From contig JALDZX010000067.1 in the NCBI GenBank assembly GCA_022813865.1, positions 62,001 through 102,755 of the forward strand: DNA of 40,755 nucleotides. The letters run 5' to 3'. Source of the stretch: Xylographa opegraphella. Taxonomy: Eukaryota. Shown here in pieces: positions 13,551 through 26,500 of this stretch (positions are counted from its first letter, which is position 1; each line of letters opens with the position of its first letter). The translations under genes and the position numbers were made by a program. The notes under the pieces were generated by a model. It saw nothing but the letters and a program-made list of their open reading frames with translations, was not told the origin of the DNA and searched no databases.

Positions 13551-15272
13551 GGGCGCGAAGTGTCCAACACAAGATACTACTGTAACTCCGTATGTAGTCA
13601 GTGAAGTTAGTTAGGGGCCATCAGACGCATGGCGTTGGTCCCCCACGACGTGCTGTGTGCTGTGTGGATAGACAAAACAGCCAAAGAGCGAATCAGCAAG
13701 CCAATTTGCATCACAGTGCGGGATGGACAAGCCACGGAAGATGGACCGCAGTAGGGAGGCGACTCTTGGCAGTGGATGATTGATATGGCAGAGCCGCAGA
13801 AGCCGAAGCAGCAAGCAGCAAGCAGCATGACAGATAGGGGGGCGTTGGTGAGAAAGCAGCATGATTGTGATCGAGTCGCCCTCGAACCCATGCCTCCGTC
13901 CTCCGTGCCTTGACCGGATTGGGAAATGAGAAACACGTGGCCAAACACACTTTTGCCCTTTTCCTCTTTTCCTCTTTCTCGCTTTTCCTCTTTTCCTTAT
14001 CAGCACCGTCTCGACGCTTCCAACTCTAATAAATGGAACCGGCATATGAGCGAGTGAGTCAGCAGGAGCGCTAAGAAGGCAGTAAGCGTGCCGCTAAGGC
14101 AGTGCCGGGGTGGTCCGTCTGCAGAGCCCGCACACCAAACGGGGGTGCAGCAGCCCAAAAGGGGGGCCAGCTTCTGTTGATCGCGCCCTTCCAGGAGCGA
14201 CTAGGCTCGAAAGGACCCACTCTGCCCTAATTTCAGGGGCGGATCTAATGTCGCCTAGGTCCTTGGCGAGAGCCGCAACGCTCATCCTGACGTCTCGCCC
14301 AGAATTTGCCGCCACCGCTCTGGCGTTGTTCTGAAGTTGCCTGCACCTTGCACTGGGCACGGAAACAACTGACATCGCTGCTCGCTCATCCTCACAGTGG
14401 ACTCCAGTGGAACATCTCGAAGGACTGCTACTTGCAAGTACTTGCTTACACAGTACCACCACTATTGCCTCTTCTGCACCTAGCATTTCAACGGTGCCCA
14501 GTCCATGCCCAAGCGTGGTGGACTGGTGGGACATCCGAGGACGTGGACGACCACCGTGCTAGCCCCTCGCAAGTGCGGCGCCTAGTCGTTCTAAAAATTC
14601 CAAAAAAGACTGGTCCATGCCTATCCCCATGTAGGAACAGCCATCAAACAAAGCAAATGCCTCCTGGGCCCTGCTGCACTTTTCTTATCAGCATCAATCA
14701 GTGACCGAACACGCCAATCAGCGCTGCCGCTAAGCCCGAGTTGGCTGCCTCACGGACACTCCTGATCCAGGCTTTTCAGTCCCAATATTTGCATGCCGGC
14801 CGGTGTCAAATCATGGTCGTCCATGGTTCTGGCCGCCATGGGGGTTGGTACAATGTACTGTACCTAGAGTGGGTGTGCAAACGCCATCAACGCACCATCG
14901 TGGCCCCCAGTCCAATTCAGCTCAGGCCAAACGAGCCGGCAAACCACGACTTCACGCCCCCGACTGTTGTGATCGGCATCTGTGGGTAGGTAATAATAGT
15001 ATCTTCCCGTATCGCCCATACACTATCGCCTCGCGGATCTGCTGCCGCCGTCGAGCTACGGAGGTATCTGCTTTCTCTTTCCTGTTTCCTGAACTGTCCT
15101 CTTTGTCGAAACATCTTCGCTCGCTCGTGGCGTATATCGCTCTACACACATTCGTTGTAATCGTTCGTTTGGTGATGCATTGTTACTTCTTGATATAGCG
15201 CCGTCGTTGTCTGTCCACATTCTTTCGCACTTTTCAATTGCTCCAACTTTGACAACCTCGCCATCTGCAACC

Positions 15273-17990
15273 ATGAAGTCCTTCCGGGCTCATCTCCACC
15301 CCTCGTCGACGTCTCGAAAGACGCCCTCACCCACCTCCCCACTCGGCCCTCCAGCTTCATTCGAACTCGGCCAGCCAAGCTTCTCGAATACTCGGCGGAA
15401 CTCCAACGTGAGCTCAACGTATGCGGCCGGGGAATACAAGCACGGCTGGGGCGAAGATGTGGCGATGATCAAGGCCGATGTAGTGGTGAACTTTCTCCAT
15501 GCGAAGCAGACCCAGCTGCTATGGACGAAGACAGATATAGAAGAAGGTACGATCCTGAAACAGTCCCGAGATACCTTTGTGGCATGTCCCAAGGGATTGG
15601 CCGATGTTCGGGGAGGGCTGTTCGATGCAGTGGTGGGACTGAACGTTCGAGTATGTTGCATTCCGTAATCGATTGCGGTCACCTCAGCTAAACAAGATCA
15701 GGTGGCCATGACTGTCAACACTCCCGCGATCAGGATTCTGCTGTCCCAGCAAAACCAATCGTTCATCACGTTAGAAAACGGCCTTCGACTGCAGATCCTC
15801 CCGAACGTCAGTTACCTCCCGTCATGCCACAAACATCACTTCGCCGCATTCATCTACGACACGGCCACTCTCGTCGTCTGGGACGATCAACCAACCGACA
15901 TCATTCGCCGGATCACCAAGCTTGAAGAGCAGCTCCTTTCCGCCTCCCTCTCGGCTGCGCTTTACAGCGAGAAAGACAACAAAAGTCAAAGTGTATTGGT
16001 GACAGAGAAACCCGCCGATGACTTCGAAGAGGTCAAGGCACGACTGGAGCGACCACGACGGGTGGCCATCTACCATTCCATCATGACAGCCTGCACATTG
16101 GCCCTCGTCATGGCTGCTCTGGGCTCCGGCTGGCGGCAAATCGCCATCGAAATTGACATTGACAAGTCTATGATCCGTCTGGCGTTCCTCATCGTCGTAC
16201 CACTGCAAGCCTGGCTCGGTCTGTTCTTCTTTCAGACCATCGTGGGATGTGTTGCTCAGCTCATTGGCCCGACCAGTCAAACAGCCAGTAACTCGAAGTA
16301 CTATTCTGGTGTAGCGCCCATACGTATCAAAGGAGGGGGCTCGCAACCTCTCCCTCATATTACCATTCAATGTCCGGTCTACAAGGAAGGGCTGCATTCC
16401 GTCATCATGCCCACTGTGCAATCCATCAAAGCCGCCATGTCCACATATGAAATGCAAGGGGGCAGCGCCAACATCTTCATCAATGATGATGGAATGCAGC
16501 TCATCTCTGAGTCCGAGGCACAGCTACGACGAGACTTCTATAACGAAAACCATATCGGTTGGGTGGCCCGCCCCAAGCACAACATCGACTCTACTAATGG
16601 AGCTCCCATTTACATTCGAGAAGGTCGGTTCAAGAAGGCGTCGAACATGAACTATGCACTTGCTGTCAGTGCGCGTGTGGAAGACAAACTCAAGCGGTAC
16701 CATCGGACAAGTGGATGGATGCAAGCTGATGAAGAGAACGCTTACTACGATTGCTTATCGGAAGTCATCAAAGAAGATGGTGGTAAAACCTGGGCCGAAG
16801 GCAATATTCGCATCGGCGACTACATTCTTTTGATCGATTCGGATACTCGTGTGCCTGTTGACTGCTTTTTGGACCCTCTCTCGGAACTCGAGCAGTCTCC
16901 GGAAGTCGCAATCATACAGTTCCCATCTGGAGTCTTGAATATCACACACAGCTTTTTCGAGAATGGAATCTCATTTTTCACAAGTTTGGTTTATACCGCC
17001 ATTTCTTACGTCGTCGCTTGTGGGGACATTGCTCCATTCGTCGGTCACAACGCCTTTATTCGGTGGGCAGCGCTGCAAGAAGTTGCATTCGAGCACACCA
17101 CTACGACCACCGACGGCGAGACAACGGCTGAGAATTTCTGGTCATCCGAAACTGTATCCGAGGATTTCGAGCTGGCGTTGCGTCTTCAGACAGTGGGATA
17201 CATAATTCGACTTGCCTATTACAAAGGCACCGACTTCAAGGAGGGCGTATCACTGACTGTTTACGACGAGCTCGCGCGATGGAAAAAGTATGCCTATGGA
17301 TGTAGCGAGCTTATCTTCCACCCCTTGTACTACTGGCCAACGCGTGGTCCTTTCACCCCGTTGTTTCGCAAGTTTATCAAGTCCGGAATTTCCCTGCCGT
17401 CGAAGATATCCATCCTTTCCTATGTCGGGACATACTACGCAATTGCGTCCGCGTTCCTCCTGATCACCGCAAACTTCTTTCTCGTCGGCTGGTACCTCCA
17501 AAATCTTGATCACTACTACATCGATTCCTTCCGAATATTCTTCTCGGTCGCCATCGTTTTCAGCGGCTTCGGTATGCTCTCGCTCGCCGTCCTGCGGTAT
17601 CGCATGGGTGAGATGGGCCTCCTCGCCTCCATCTGGCAGAACGTCAAATGGGTTCTCCTCCTCTACATCTTTTTCGGCGGTATTTCCATCCACGTCAGCG
17701 GCGCCATCCTTTCGCACATGTTCGGCATCAACGTCCACTGGGGCGCCACGATCAAGGAAGCACAAAATACCACCTTCTTCGTCGAGATCGCGAAACTCCT
17801 CCGCAAATTCTGGGTGACCTTCGTCTTCTGCATCGTCATGACTGGGATTGTGATCTACACCACCAACTTCGCCCCCTCGGGCTGGCTCATCAACGAGTTC
17901 ATCGCCATCTTCCCGCTCAGTATGCTGATCTTCACGCACTTCATGATGCCTATCGCGCTGAACCCCAGCCTGATGTTGTTCACCTGGTAA
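15273..17990 (+). CDS. Membrane-integral processive-type glycosyltransferase family 2 protein
   Basis: Exons 15273-15650 and 15702-17990. Motifs TIQCPVYKEGL, INDDG, FKKASNMN, LIDSDTRVP, FVGHNAF, VSEDF, ELARW (QxxRW position); N- and C-terminal TM helices. Confidence 0.92.
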
Positions 17991-18959
17991 GGAAAACGTG
18001 AGGCCGGTCGGGGCTTCGGAAAGGGGGCGGGCTGGCGGTCTTCTCCTTTCGTCGCGTAGCACGAAATTAATCTTAATGTCTATAGAATACAGGGCACATC
18101 TGGATGGGAGGGCGATTTTGGTCGGCTCAACCAACAACGTACACGCTGGCTACCAGGGGGGGTGGGGCTGCTACCAGGATATACACACGGCGTTCTCCGC
18201 TATTTTTACACATACACATAGAGATGGACTTTTTTTCTCTCATCTTGTCTTTCGGGGAATAAATAGACGTGTCGGCGTTTGTTTCGCATGTGTGGTATGT
18301 TCACATGGAAAAACTCACAGGCCTGCTGCGGTGACTGCCGTTGAAATCTATAATTTTCCTGCTCCTGTGTCTCGTGCCTGGTGTTCTTGATCCTGTTCGC
18401 CGCGCGTGATTATCAGGCCATGAAAGTCCTAGAGATGATAGACGCGGTTAAAAAGCCGAAGAAGTGTTGTTAAGCTGACTGGCCGATTATGATACTCGAA
18501 TTATCCTCCACGCATTTCTTCCTCCGCCCCACTGGTACCACCCCTGAACAGCTTGAGCTCGTTACGGTTGACCTAAGGAGGACCTCCGAAGCCGAAGAGT
18601 GTGCTATTTAGATGGTATGTTCTTTTGGGTGATATATTCTTCTGGGGCGCGAAAGATTATGAGGGTCTGGTGTCTGTCTTGATTTAGCGGGCATTGCGGT
18701 TGGGTGTGGGTTCTTTAGAGGGATATTGTAGCTCTTTGAAGGGATATTGTATTCTATTAATTACTTATTACTAGGCTCGCTAGGTACAGATTACCAATGA
18801 GTGAGCGTTTCTGGATGGTTATGGCGGCTTGGTGGGGAGTCGCCTTGTCGCGGAGTATCTCATGGCCCGAAGTCAAGCTTTGGAAGCATGCATCACCATC
18901 TTCGTTTCGTTTCGTTCCAAACTTTTCAAAGAGCCCGCCGCGCTCATATTCCAGTAGGT

Positions 18960-19691
18960 ATGCCTCCAAACCACGCCACTGGGAGTAGTCGGTATTTCTT
19001 TGCTCGCTTCCATGACTACATATTGTCGCAGAACCCTTGCCATCAAGCAGTAGCTGCTTATCGACCTCGACTGGCTGCTGCGAGGGGCTTTCCACCACGA
19101 AATGTCAGATCATACACTGCATCTTGTGTGAAGCTGCGCAAAGAGTCCCTGGCGCCTCAAACACACTATGAAATCTTCCCGAACACCCTCCTCTCCGGAC
19201 CGCCACCGGAAGGACCTTTCGTCATCAACACGCGCGAGCTTCGAAAGGAGTTTCTGCAGCTACAAGCGAAAGCGCATCCAGATCGCCATCAAGGCGAGAA
19301 CAAAGCCCGCGCGGAAGGAGCGTCCGCTCGCATCAACGAAGCCTACAAGACGCTGCAGAATCCTCTGTTGAGGGCGCAATACCTGCTATCCCTACGCGGC
19401 ATCGATGTCGCGGAAGACGAGACTGCGAAAGTGGAGGATCCGGAGCTTCTGATGGAGGTGTTGGAGGCGAGGGAGGACATCGAGGCTGCGGAGGAGGAAG
19501 CGGAGCTGCAGCCGTTGAAGGAGCGTAATGAGGAGCGGATTAGGGAGAGCGAGAGGGTTCTGACGGCCGCGTTCGGGAGTGATGATATGGATGCTGCGAA
19601 GGAGGAGGCGGTGAGGCTGAGGTATTGGATTAATATCAAGGAGAGCTTGGATGCGTGGGAGAAGGGGAAGCCGGTTGTTCTTGTTCATTGA
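18960..19691 (+). CDS. JAC1: Mitochondrial Fe-S cluster co-chaperone Jac1/HscB
   Basis: J domain LRKEFLQLQAKAHPD..SARINEAYKTLQNPLLRAQYLL and HscB C-terminal LLMEVLEARE..LRYW. Start codon uncertain. Confidence 0.92.
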   Translation: MPPNHATGSSRYFFARFHDYILSQNPCHQAVAAYRPRLAAARGFPPRNVRSYTASCVKLRKESLAPQTHYEIFPNTLLSGPPPEGPFVINTRELRKEFLQLQAKAHPDRHQGENKARAEGASARINEAYKTLQNPLLRAQYLLSLRGIDVAEDETAKVEDPELLMEVLEAREDIEAAEEEAELQPLKERNEERIRESERVLTAAFGSDDMDAAKEEAVRLRYWINIKESLDAWEKGKPVVLVH

Positions 19692-19946
19692 GCTACATTG
19701 TATAATCTAGAAGTCTATGGAGGAAAGAGATTTTATATGAGTCGACAGGTAGATTTGTATTGTACATTTGGTTTTTCTCGCTCCTGTTAGCATATTCAGT
19801 GACTAGCAATATTGGCTCCTACAACATTTCCACTTGGCGCCCTGTCACGTGCTCTGTCATCTCGGCCCGACTCCGGCGAAGCATCCCGATGTGTATGACA
19901 TTCTGTCCAGATGTTCAGTGTGGTGTATCTTCTATCACCTAAAGCT

Positions 19947-21508
19947 ATGCGACGGCGAATAATACTGCTGGCTGCTGCCAGCTTTGTGTATAGTAGCCCT
20001 AGTGTTTTCAGCGTTCACGACGACCTCCTTGCTTTTCCACAAGCAAGTTCACTTCTACATTCCGGGGCTCAGACAGGCAACTAATGCGCTTCTAGTTTCA
20101 AGTCGTCTTCTCAGACAATCATATATCCGACGTCGATGCTGAATCCAGGCTTGCATTTGCCTCGTCGAGTTCATCGGCCAGAGCAAAGCCCACAAGCTCT
20201 TCTGGTGGAGATCATGCGGTGGAAACGAGCGCTGAGCTGTCCACTTGGAAGAATAAACCTGGAGACGCTGACACTAATGGTTCGAGCTCGGAATCTCGGG
20301 AAATACCACAGGAATATGAGTATATGATTTTAGATTCGTTGCCCTATCTGTGCTCGATACCGCAGGTCGGACATGCATCACAGAACAAGACGGCCGCTGC
20401 GAACAGTAAGGCGGATGAGGAGAAGGAATTGGCACGAGCGGCGGATCGCGGCTGGGAGCTTCTTAAGGAACTGGAGGGCCACTGTATGTACTTTGTGTCG
20501 GGATGGTGGTCATACTCGTTCTGTTACAACACGGATGTCAAACAATTTCATCAGCTACCTCCGGGCAGGGGTGGGGTCCCAGTCTTTCCGCCAATTGAGG
20601 ACCAAAAGGTACCATCATATGTTTTGGGTAAATACCAAGGAGAACGGTCGTATCGGACACAACCCGAGCGCCACCAAATTGGCGGAGCGGCTGACGAAAC
20701 ACCCATGACTTCGGACATTACACAATTACAAACCAAAGGCGATATGCGGTATCTTGTGCAGAAGCTGAGCGGAGGCACCACATGCGATCTCACTGGGAAA
20801 GACAGGAAGATCGAGGTGCAATTCCATTGCCACCCACAAAGTACAGATCGCATTGGCTGGATCAAGGAGGTCGCGACCTGTTCATACTTGATGGTCATCT
20901 ACACGCCCAGACTCTGTAATGATGTCGCCTTTCTCCCGCAGAAAGAGACAAATGCGCATCAGATCATCTGCCAGGAGATTGTGCCGGAAGACGACGTCGA
21001 CGATTGGCTGATCAAGAAGTCAGCTGAGGCGGACCGTAAGGCTCTCAACGCAGGCACAGCTGACGGGCCAGCCAAACCGATGGTTGGCGGCATCGAAGTC
21101 GGCGGCATGAAGATCATCGGCAAAGATGGACGGCGCATCGAGCCCCCTAAAGCGGCTACTCCCTCAGACAGCAAAGCTGACGTGGTGGCTAAATCGGACC
21201 CGAACCAGAAGGGCGGAAGGATACAAAAGCTGTCGGCGGAAGATCTGAAGAAACTGGACCTGGACCCGGAAGTTGTGGAGGAGTTGCGGAAAAAGCTGCA
21301 AGAGCTTGCGGGTGACAAGGGATGGATCCTGGAGGTCGTCGATGGCCCCGGAGGGTTTCGAGAATTGAGAGGCATCGTTGAAGGAGACGACGATGACGAT
21401 GAAGCACCGGGTGCCACAGCTGGTGGGAAAGTCCCGGACAGTGCGGCTGATCCGCAGGATACGGATTCGGAGGAGGGGAGCGAAGAGATATTTAAGGATG
21501 AATTGTAG
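19947..21508 (+). CDS. YOS9: ER lectin Yos9/OS-9 homolog
   Basis: Signal peptide MRRRIILLAAASFVYS then FSVHDDLLAFPQ|FQVVF across intron 20043-20095. MRH domain CMYFVSGWWSYSFCY..QFH..GTTCDLTGKDRKIEVQFHC..KEVATCSY. C-terminal KDEL. Confidence 0.93.
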
Positions 21509-21806
21509 CGCGTTGTGATACCCTATGTAATATTAGACGAATCACGGCTCGAGCGTGCTCCGAGAGACCACTCTCGAATTGACGATATATTCGATCAGTC
21601 TGGCGATGCATTTTGTGACGTGCACCCGGAACGCTTTGCCACATCCGTAATGCATCGAGCTGTCACTCTACCTTAATCACTGGCCTTTTTCCATCGCCCT
21701 CGACATGAGACTCGTATAACAAACAAGGAATAGAAACAACAAGCAGAACTCAGACTGCCAACCCGCTTCGGCTGCCATGCATACATATCAAAGCCACAGT
21801 TCTCTC

Positions 21807-23026
21807 CTACCCCTCGCCATCGTCCTCGACAACGACAGCCACCACAACGCAGATATCATCGACTTTACCTCCGCGCCACCCCTCCGCAGGATAATGCCTC
21901 TGCACCTCGCGCGCAAACGGCCCATCACGCCTCGCATCCTCGCTCGCGGCCTTCGCCTCCCCGGCAACGGCGACAGCCAAAAGCGCCTGCAAGCTGCTCT
22001 CGCGGTCCTTGGCCACCCCGCCCTCGACCGTGAGCGCATCCAGCTGCGCCGAAGCGGCTTTGCCGCCCGTCGCCACCCAGCCGTCGAAGCCGAGCATGTA
22101 GCGGCTCACGAGCCTCATCACGTCCGCGGCGCTGAGGTTGTCCCACACGCCGTCGGTGGCGAAGACGAGCACGTCGCCGTGCTGGACGGCGTGCTCGGTG
22201 ACGCTCGCGTCGTGGGGCTGGTCGCTTAGCGGGCGGTGGCCGAGCGCGACGGAGCGGGCGAGCATGCGCGCGGGGAAGATGGAGAGCTGGTAGGGCGTGT
22301 TGAAGGCGTGTGTTTGGGCCGTGGAGGCGAAGTGGACGGCGTGCGGCCGCAGCTGCACGAAGCCCGAGTCGCCGAGGCTGCGCATCTTGTGTCAGTGGAC
22401 GGAACGGGGGGGAGCGTAGATTCTCACTTTGCGACTTGGAACGTGCCGTTGCGGTGCCCGACGGCGATGCAGGCCGTGCTGCCGCCGCCGCGGATCTTCT
22501 TCTCCGCCACGATGACATCGTACGCCTGCTGCAGGAGCTCTCGGGGCCTGAGCCGATCCCCCGCCCACGGCAACGTGCCCGCTTTGCCCGCTATCGCCGC
22601 CATGCGCTCGCACAGCCCGTGCGAGAAGTCCGCGGAGTCGATGCCGGAGTCCGCCCAGCCGCCGACGCCGTCCGCGACGCCGAACGCCACGTCCCCACTG
22701 CCGCCCACTTCGCTGACGAAGAACGCGTCCTGCCCGCTATCGGGCCTCTTCCCGGCGCTCGTGTGCCTGCCGGGCTCGCCGGGCTTGTAGGAGAAGAGGT
22801 CCGTTTTCGGGTTGAAGCGGTGGCCCTTGGCGGAATAGGCGGCCGCGATGCGGAAGCTGAAGGTCGCGGGCGAGGGGGCGGTGGAGTAGGCCGCGCATTG
22901 CTGCTGCTGCTGCTGCTGCGGTACATCGCGGTGGAGCAAAGGGGAGGAGGCGCGGCAGGCGGTGGTGAGGAGGAAGGGGGTGAAGCCGAGGAGGTAAAGG
23001 GATTTGGTGGGCCACATCGCGGCCAT
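21807..23026 (-). CDS. PTC7: PP2C phosphatase Ptc7/Azr1 (2 exons)
   Basis: GQDAFF, GVADGVGGW, GGSTAC, AN|LGDSG across intron 22427-22378, QTHAFNTPYQL, ATDGVWDNL, GGKVDDICVVV. Confidence 0.93.
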
Positions 23027-23272
23027 CAAGGAGGGTTATTGCTGGCGTAGCAGCGCGTGGTCCATTGCCCGTGATGTGCTAGCCCAATGGATGTTGCGAG
23101 GTGGAGTGGAACTGAGTTTGTACATGGAAGGGCGCCTGTATGATGCGCGGAAAATAAATTGCGTCCATCGTGGAATATCCCGGGATGTGCCCCGATCGGA
23201 AATGGGGTGACGGTAGGGCCAGGGCGTTGGTTCTTGGCAACCGCACGGAATACCATAGATGCAGATACGCAC

Positions 23273-23328
23273 GATGCGGAACGCAAAATGCCAAGCGTAG
23301 ACTGATTAGTCGGCTCCAAATAGCGTAG
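23273..23328 (+). promoter_or_regulatory. Shared upstream motif, copy 1 (between divergent PTC7 and ValRS)
   Basis: Core TGCCAAGCGTAGACTGATTAGTCGGCTCCAAAT (23289-23321) is 31/33 identical to 32290-32322. The duplication is seen directly; regulatory function is inferred. Confidence 0.6.
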
Positions 23329-23391
23329 ATCAGTCTAAGGGTCTAATGTACGATCTACGCAAGATGCGGAACAGAGCAGCACGGGCAGTTC

Positions 23392-23398
23392 TGAGTCA
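23392..23398 (+). promoter_or_regulatory. Candidate Gcn4/CpcA element TGAGTCA upstream of ValRS
   Basis: Exact TGASTCA about 150 bp before ATG 23544. aaRS genes are known Gcn4/CpcA targets, but a 7-mer can occur by chance. Confidence 0.4.
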
Positions 23399-23543
23399 CT
23401 TCACCATCTCCAATATCATTCTCACCACTTCGACTACCTGCATCACCTGCACCACCTTCACCATACAGTCTTTCGCCCTTCGTCTCGGGCACCAGCTGTG
23501 CTGCTATCGTCCACGTCTTGTGCTTTTGTGTATGCCATTGAGG

Positions 23544-26500
23544 ATGGCTTCCACCCAAGCCTCGGCGAAGCCCATGAGCGAGAAGCAACGGCTGAAGCTT
23601 GAGAAGTTCACCAACAAGAAGGAGAAGCAAGAACAGCAGAAACAGCAACAACCCAGTGGTGCTTCCAAGGAGAAAAAAATCAAGAAGCAAGATATTCCTG
23701 CGGTCGAGTCGAAAGATTGGGTCGAGTCGACACCAGCTGGACAGAGAAAGATCTTAAAATCATTGGACGACGACTTCCACAAAGCTTACTTACCTAAGGT
23801 CGTCGAATCTGCCTGGTACAGCTTCTGGGAGGATCAAGGACTGTTCAAGCCACAAACAGAGAAGGATGGCAGTCTGAAGCCGAAAGGCAAATACGTTATT
23901 GCCATCCCGCCGCCAAATGTATGGATTCATGCACGTATTGATGGCGTGGTTACCAGCTAACGCTTTCGCAGGTGACGGGCAAACTACATATCGGACACGC
24001 TCTGGCACTCTCGTTAGAAGACACCCTGATCAGATGGCATCGTATGCGACAATTCTCAACACTCTACATCCCTGGCTGTGATCATGCAGGCATTGCGACC
24101 CAAGCTGTTGTTGAAAAGCAGCTCGCGAGACACCCGAAAGATGGCAAGTCTAAAAGACAAGATTTCAGTCGGGCTGAATTCGTACAGTTATGTCAGGACT
24201 GGAAGGAGGATTACCACCAAGCGATCAACAACACAATACGCAGACTCGGTGTCTCTGTAGACTGGTCGCGGGAAGCCTTCACAATGAGTCCGCAGTTGTC
24301 CAAAGCGGTCACTGAAACCTTCGTGCAGCTCCACTCAGAAGGCCTTATCTACCGAGCCAACAAGCTTGTACATTGGTCATGTCGCCTTTCCACAGCTTTA
24401 TCCACTCTTGAAGTCAACCAGAAAGAGCTCGAAGGGTCGACAAAGCTTGACGTGCCAGGCTATGACAAAAAGATTGAATTCGGAACACTCACGTTTTTCA
24501 AATACCCAATTGAGGGCTCTGATCAAACATTAGAAGTTGCAACAACAAGACCAGAGACGATGCTTGGCGATACTGGCATTGCTGTGCATCCTCAGGACGA
24601 TCGATACAAGGACTTTGTTGGCAGGACTGCGATACACCCGATCATCCCCGGTAGAAAGTTGAGGATCGTCGCCGACGAATATGTCGACAGGAAGTTCGGT
24701 ACTGGCGCTGTGAAGTTAACACCTGCTCATGATCAAAATGATTTCAACCTTGGCAAGAAACATGACCTGCCATTCATCAACATCCTAAACGAGGACGGTA
24801 CTCTTAATAGCAACGCTGGTCCCTATGCCGGAGAGAAGAGATTTAATGCAAGATACGGAGTTATCGAGGAACTCAAGAAACTCGGCCTCTATACGAGACA
24901 AGAGTCGAACAAGATGGTTGTTCCGATATGCAGCCGATCAGGGGATGTCATTGAGCCGCTTCTGAAACCCCAGTGGTGGATGAGAATGGAGCCGTTGGCA
25001 AAACCTGCCATAGCTGTGGTTGAAAGTGGCGAACTCGTCATTCGACCAGAGCTGCAGAAGCGACAATACTTGCAATGGATGCGAAACCTCCAGGACTGGT
25101 GCTTGTCGAGACAACTGTGGTGGGGTCATCAGATACCGGCATATTTCGTCAGTATCGAGGGTGAAGATGAAGGGAATGATGCTGATGACGACTACTGGAT
25201 TTGTGGCAGAACAGAACGGGAGGCTCAACAGAAGGCAGAACAAAAATTCCCTGGCAAGAAAGTAACACTCAGGCGAGACGAGGACGTTTTAGATACCTGG
25301 TTCAGCTCAGGACTTTGGCCGTTTAGTACCCTCGGATGGCCAGACAAGACGGCAGATCTCGAAAACTACTTTCCGAACACGACTCTGGAGACAGGTTGGG
25401 ACATTATACCGTTCTGGGTCAGCCGCATGATCGTTTTCTCTCTTAAATTGACTGGAAAAGTGCCTTTTACTGAGGTCTTCTGCCATGGTTTGATACGTGA
25501 TAGCGAAGGTCGAAAAATGTCGAAATCACTCGGTAATGTTGTTGACCCGCTTGACATAGTTGATGGTATCAGCCTCGACGGTCTGCATCAGAAGCTGCTA
25601 CAGGGCAATCTAGCCCAAAGCGAGGTCAAGAATGCCGAAAAGTACCAGAAGAAGGTCTTCCCACAAGGCATTCCTGAGGTTGGGGCCGATGCATTGCGGT
25701 TCTCGCTCATCAGTTACGCTCAGTCATCTGGCAGCGACATCAATTTCGACATAAAGACGATGTACGGCTACCGAAAATTTTGCAACAAGATCTATCAGGC
25801 CACGAAGTTTGTCCTCGGAAAGCTTGGTGATGATTTTATTCCTCGTGAGAGTAGTGCTTTAACAGGAATGGAGAGTCTACCAGAGAGATGGATTTTGACA
25901 AAAATGAACACCGCTGCAAAACGAATGAACCAGGCACTCGAAGAACGCGAGTTCGCAAGGTCAACCCAGATCAGTCACCGGTATCTGTACGATGAACTGT
26001 TTGATATCTACATCGAGAACTCAAAGTCGATCATCTCAGATGGTATCCCCGAAGAAGTTCGTTCAGCCATGGACACACTCTACACCACAATCGAATCTGG
26101 CTTGCGACTGGTGGCTCCATTCATGCCTTTTCTGACTGAAGAGCTTTGGCAGCGGCTACCGCGCAGACCAGGCAACAAAACATCCTCGATCACGATCGCT
26201 GAGTATCCAGAGTATGACTCGTCCTTCCATGACCCGAGATCGGAGGTAGCCTATGAGCTTGTACTGGGCTGCTCGAAAGGTATTCGTTCTCTCTTAGCGG
26301 ACTATGCCGTTAAGGATGAAGGTGTGGCTTACATCGCACCTCTCAATCAAATGTCACATGACACCGTGTCAGCACAGCTCTCCGCCATCGAGGCACTCAG
26401 TGGCAAGACACCAGTGAAGATCAGTATCTTGAAGGCTGGAGGAACCATTCCCACCGACTGTGCAGTATTTCCTGTTTCCGCTGACGCGAATGCCTATCTC

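Noticed and set aside
13600..15270. Many short ORFs upstream of the membrane GT2
   Set aside because: No coherent gene; pyrimidine tracts and short repeats suggest promoter or UTR.
17250..18137. 295-aa minus-strand ORF and similar overlapping ORFs in MORG1, PTC7, YOS9 and the Crypton
   Set aside because: Antisense or alternate-frame shadows of GC-rich genes.
22898..22919. (CAG)n tract in PTC7, also poly-Ala in MORG1 and a 9-bp repeat at about 37635
   Set aside because: Ordinary coding microsatellites.
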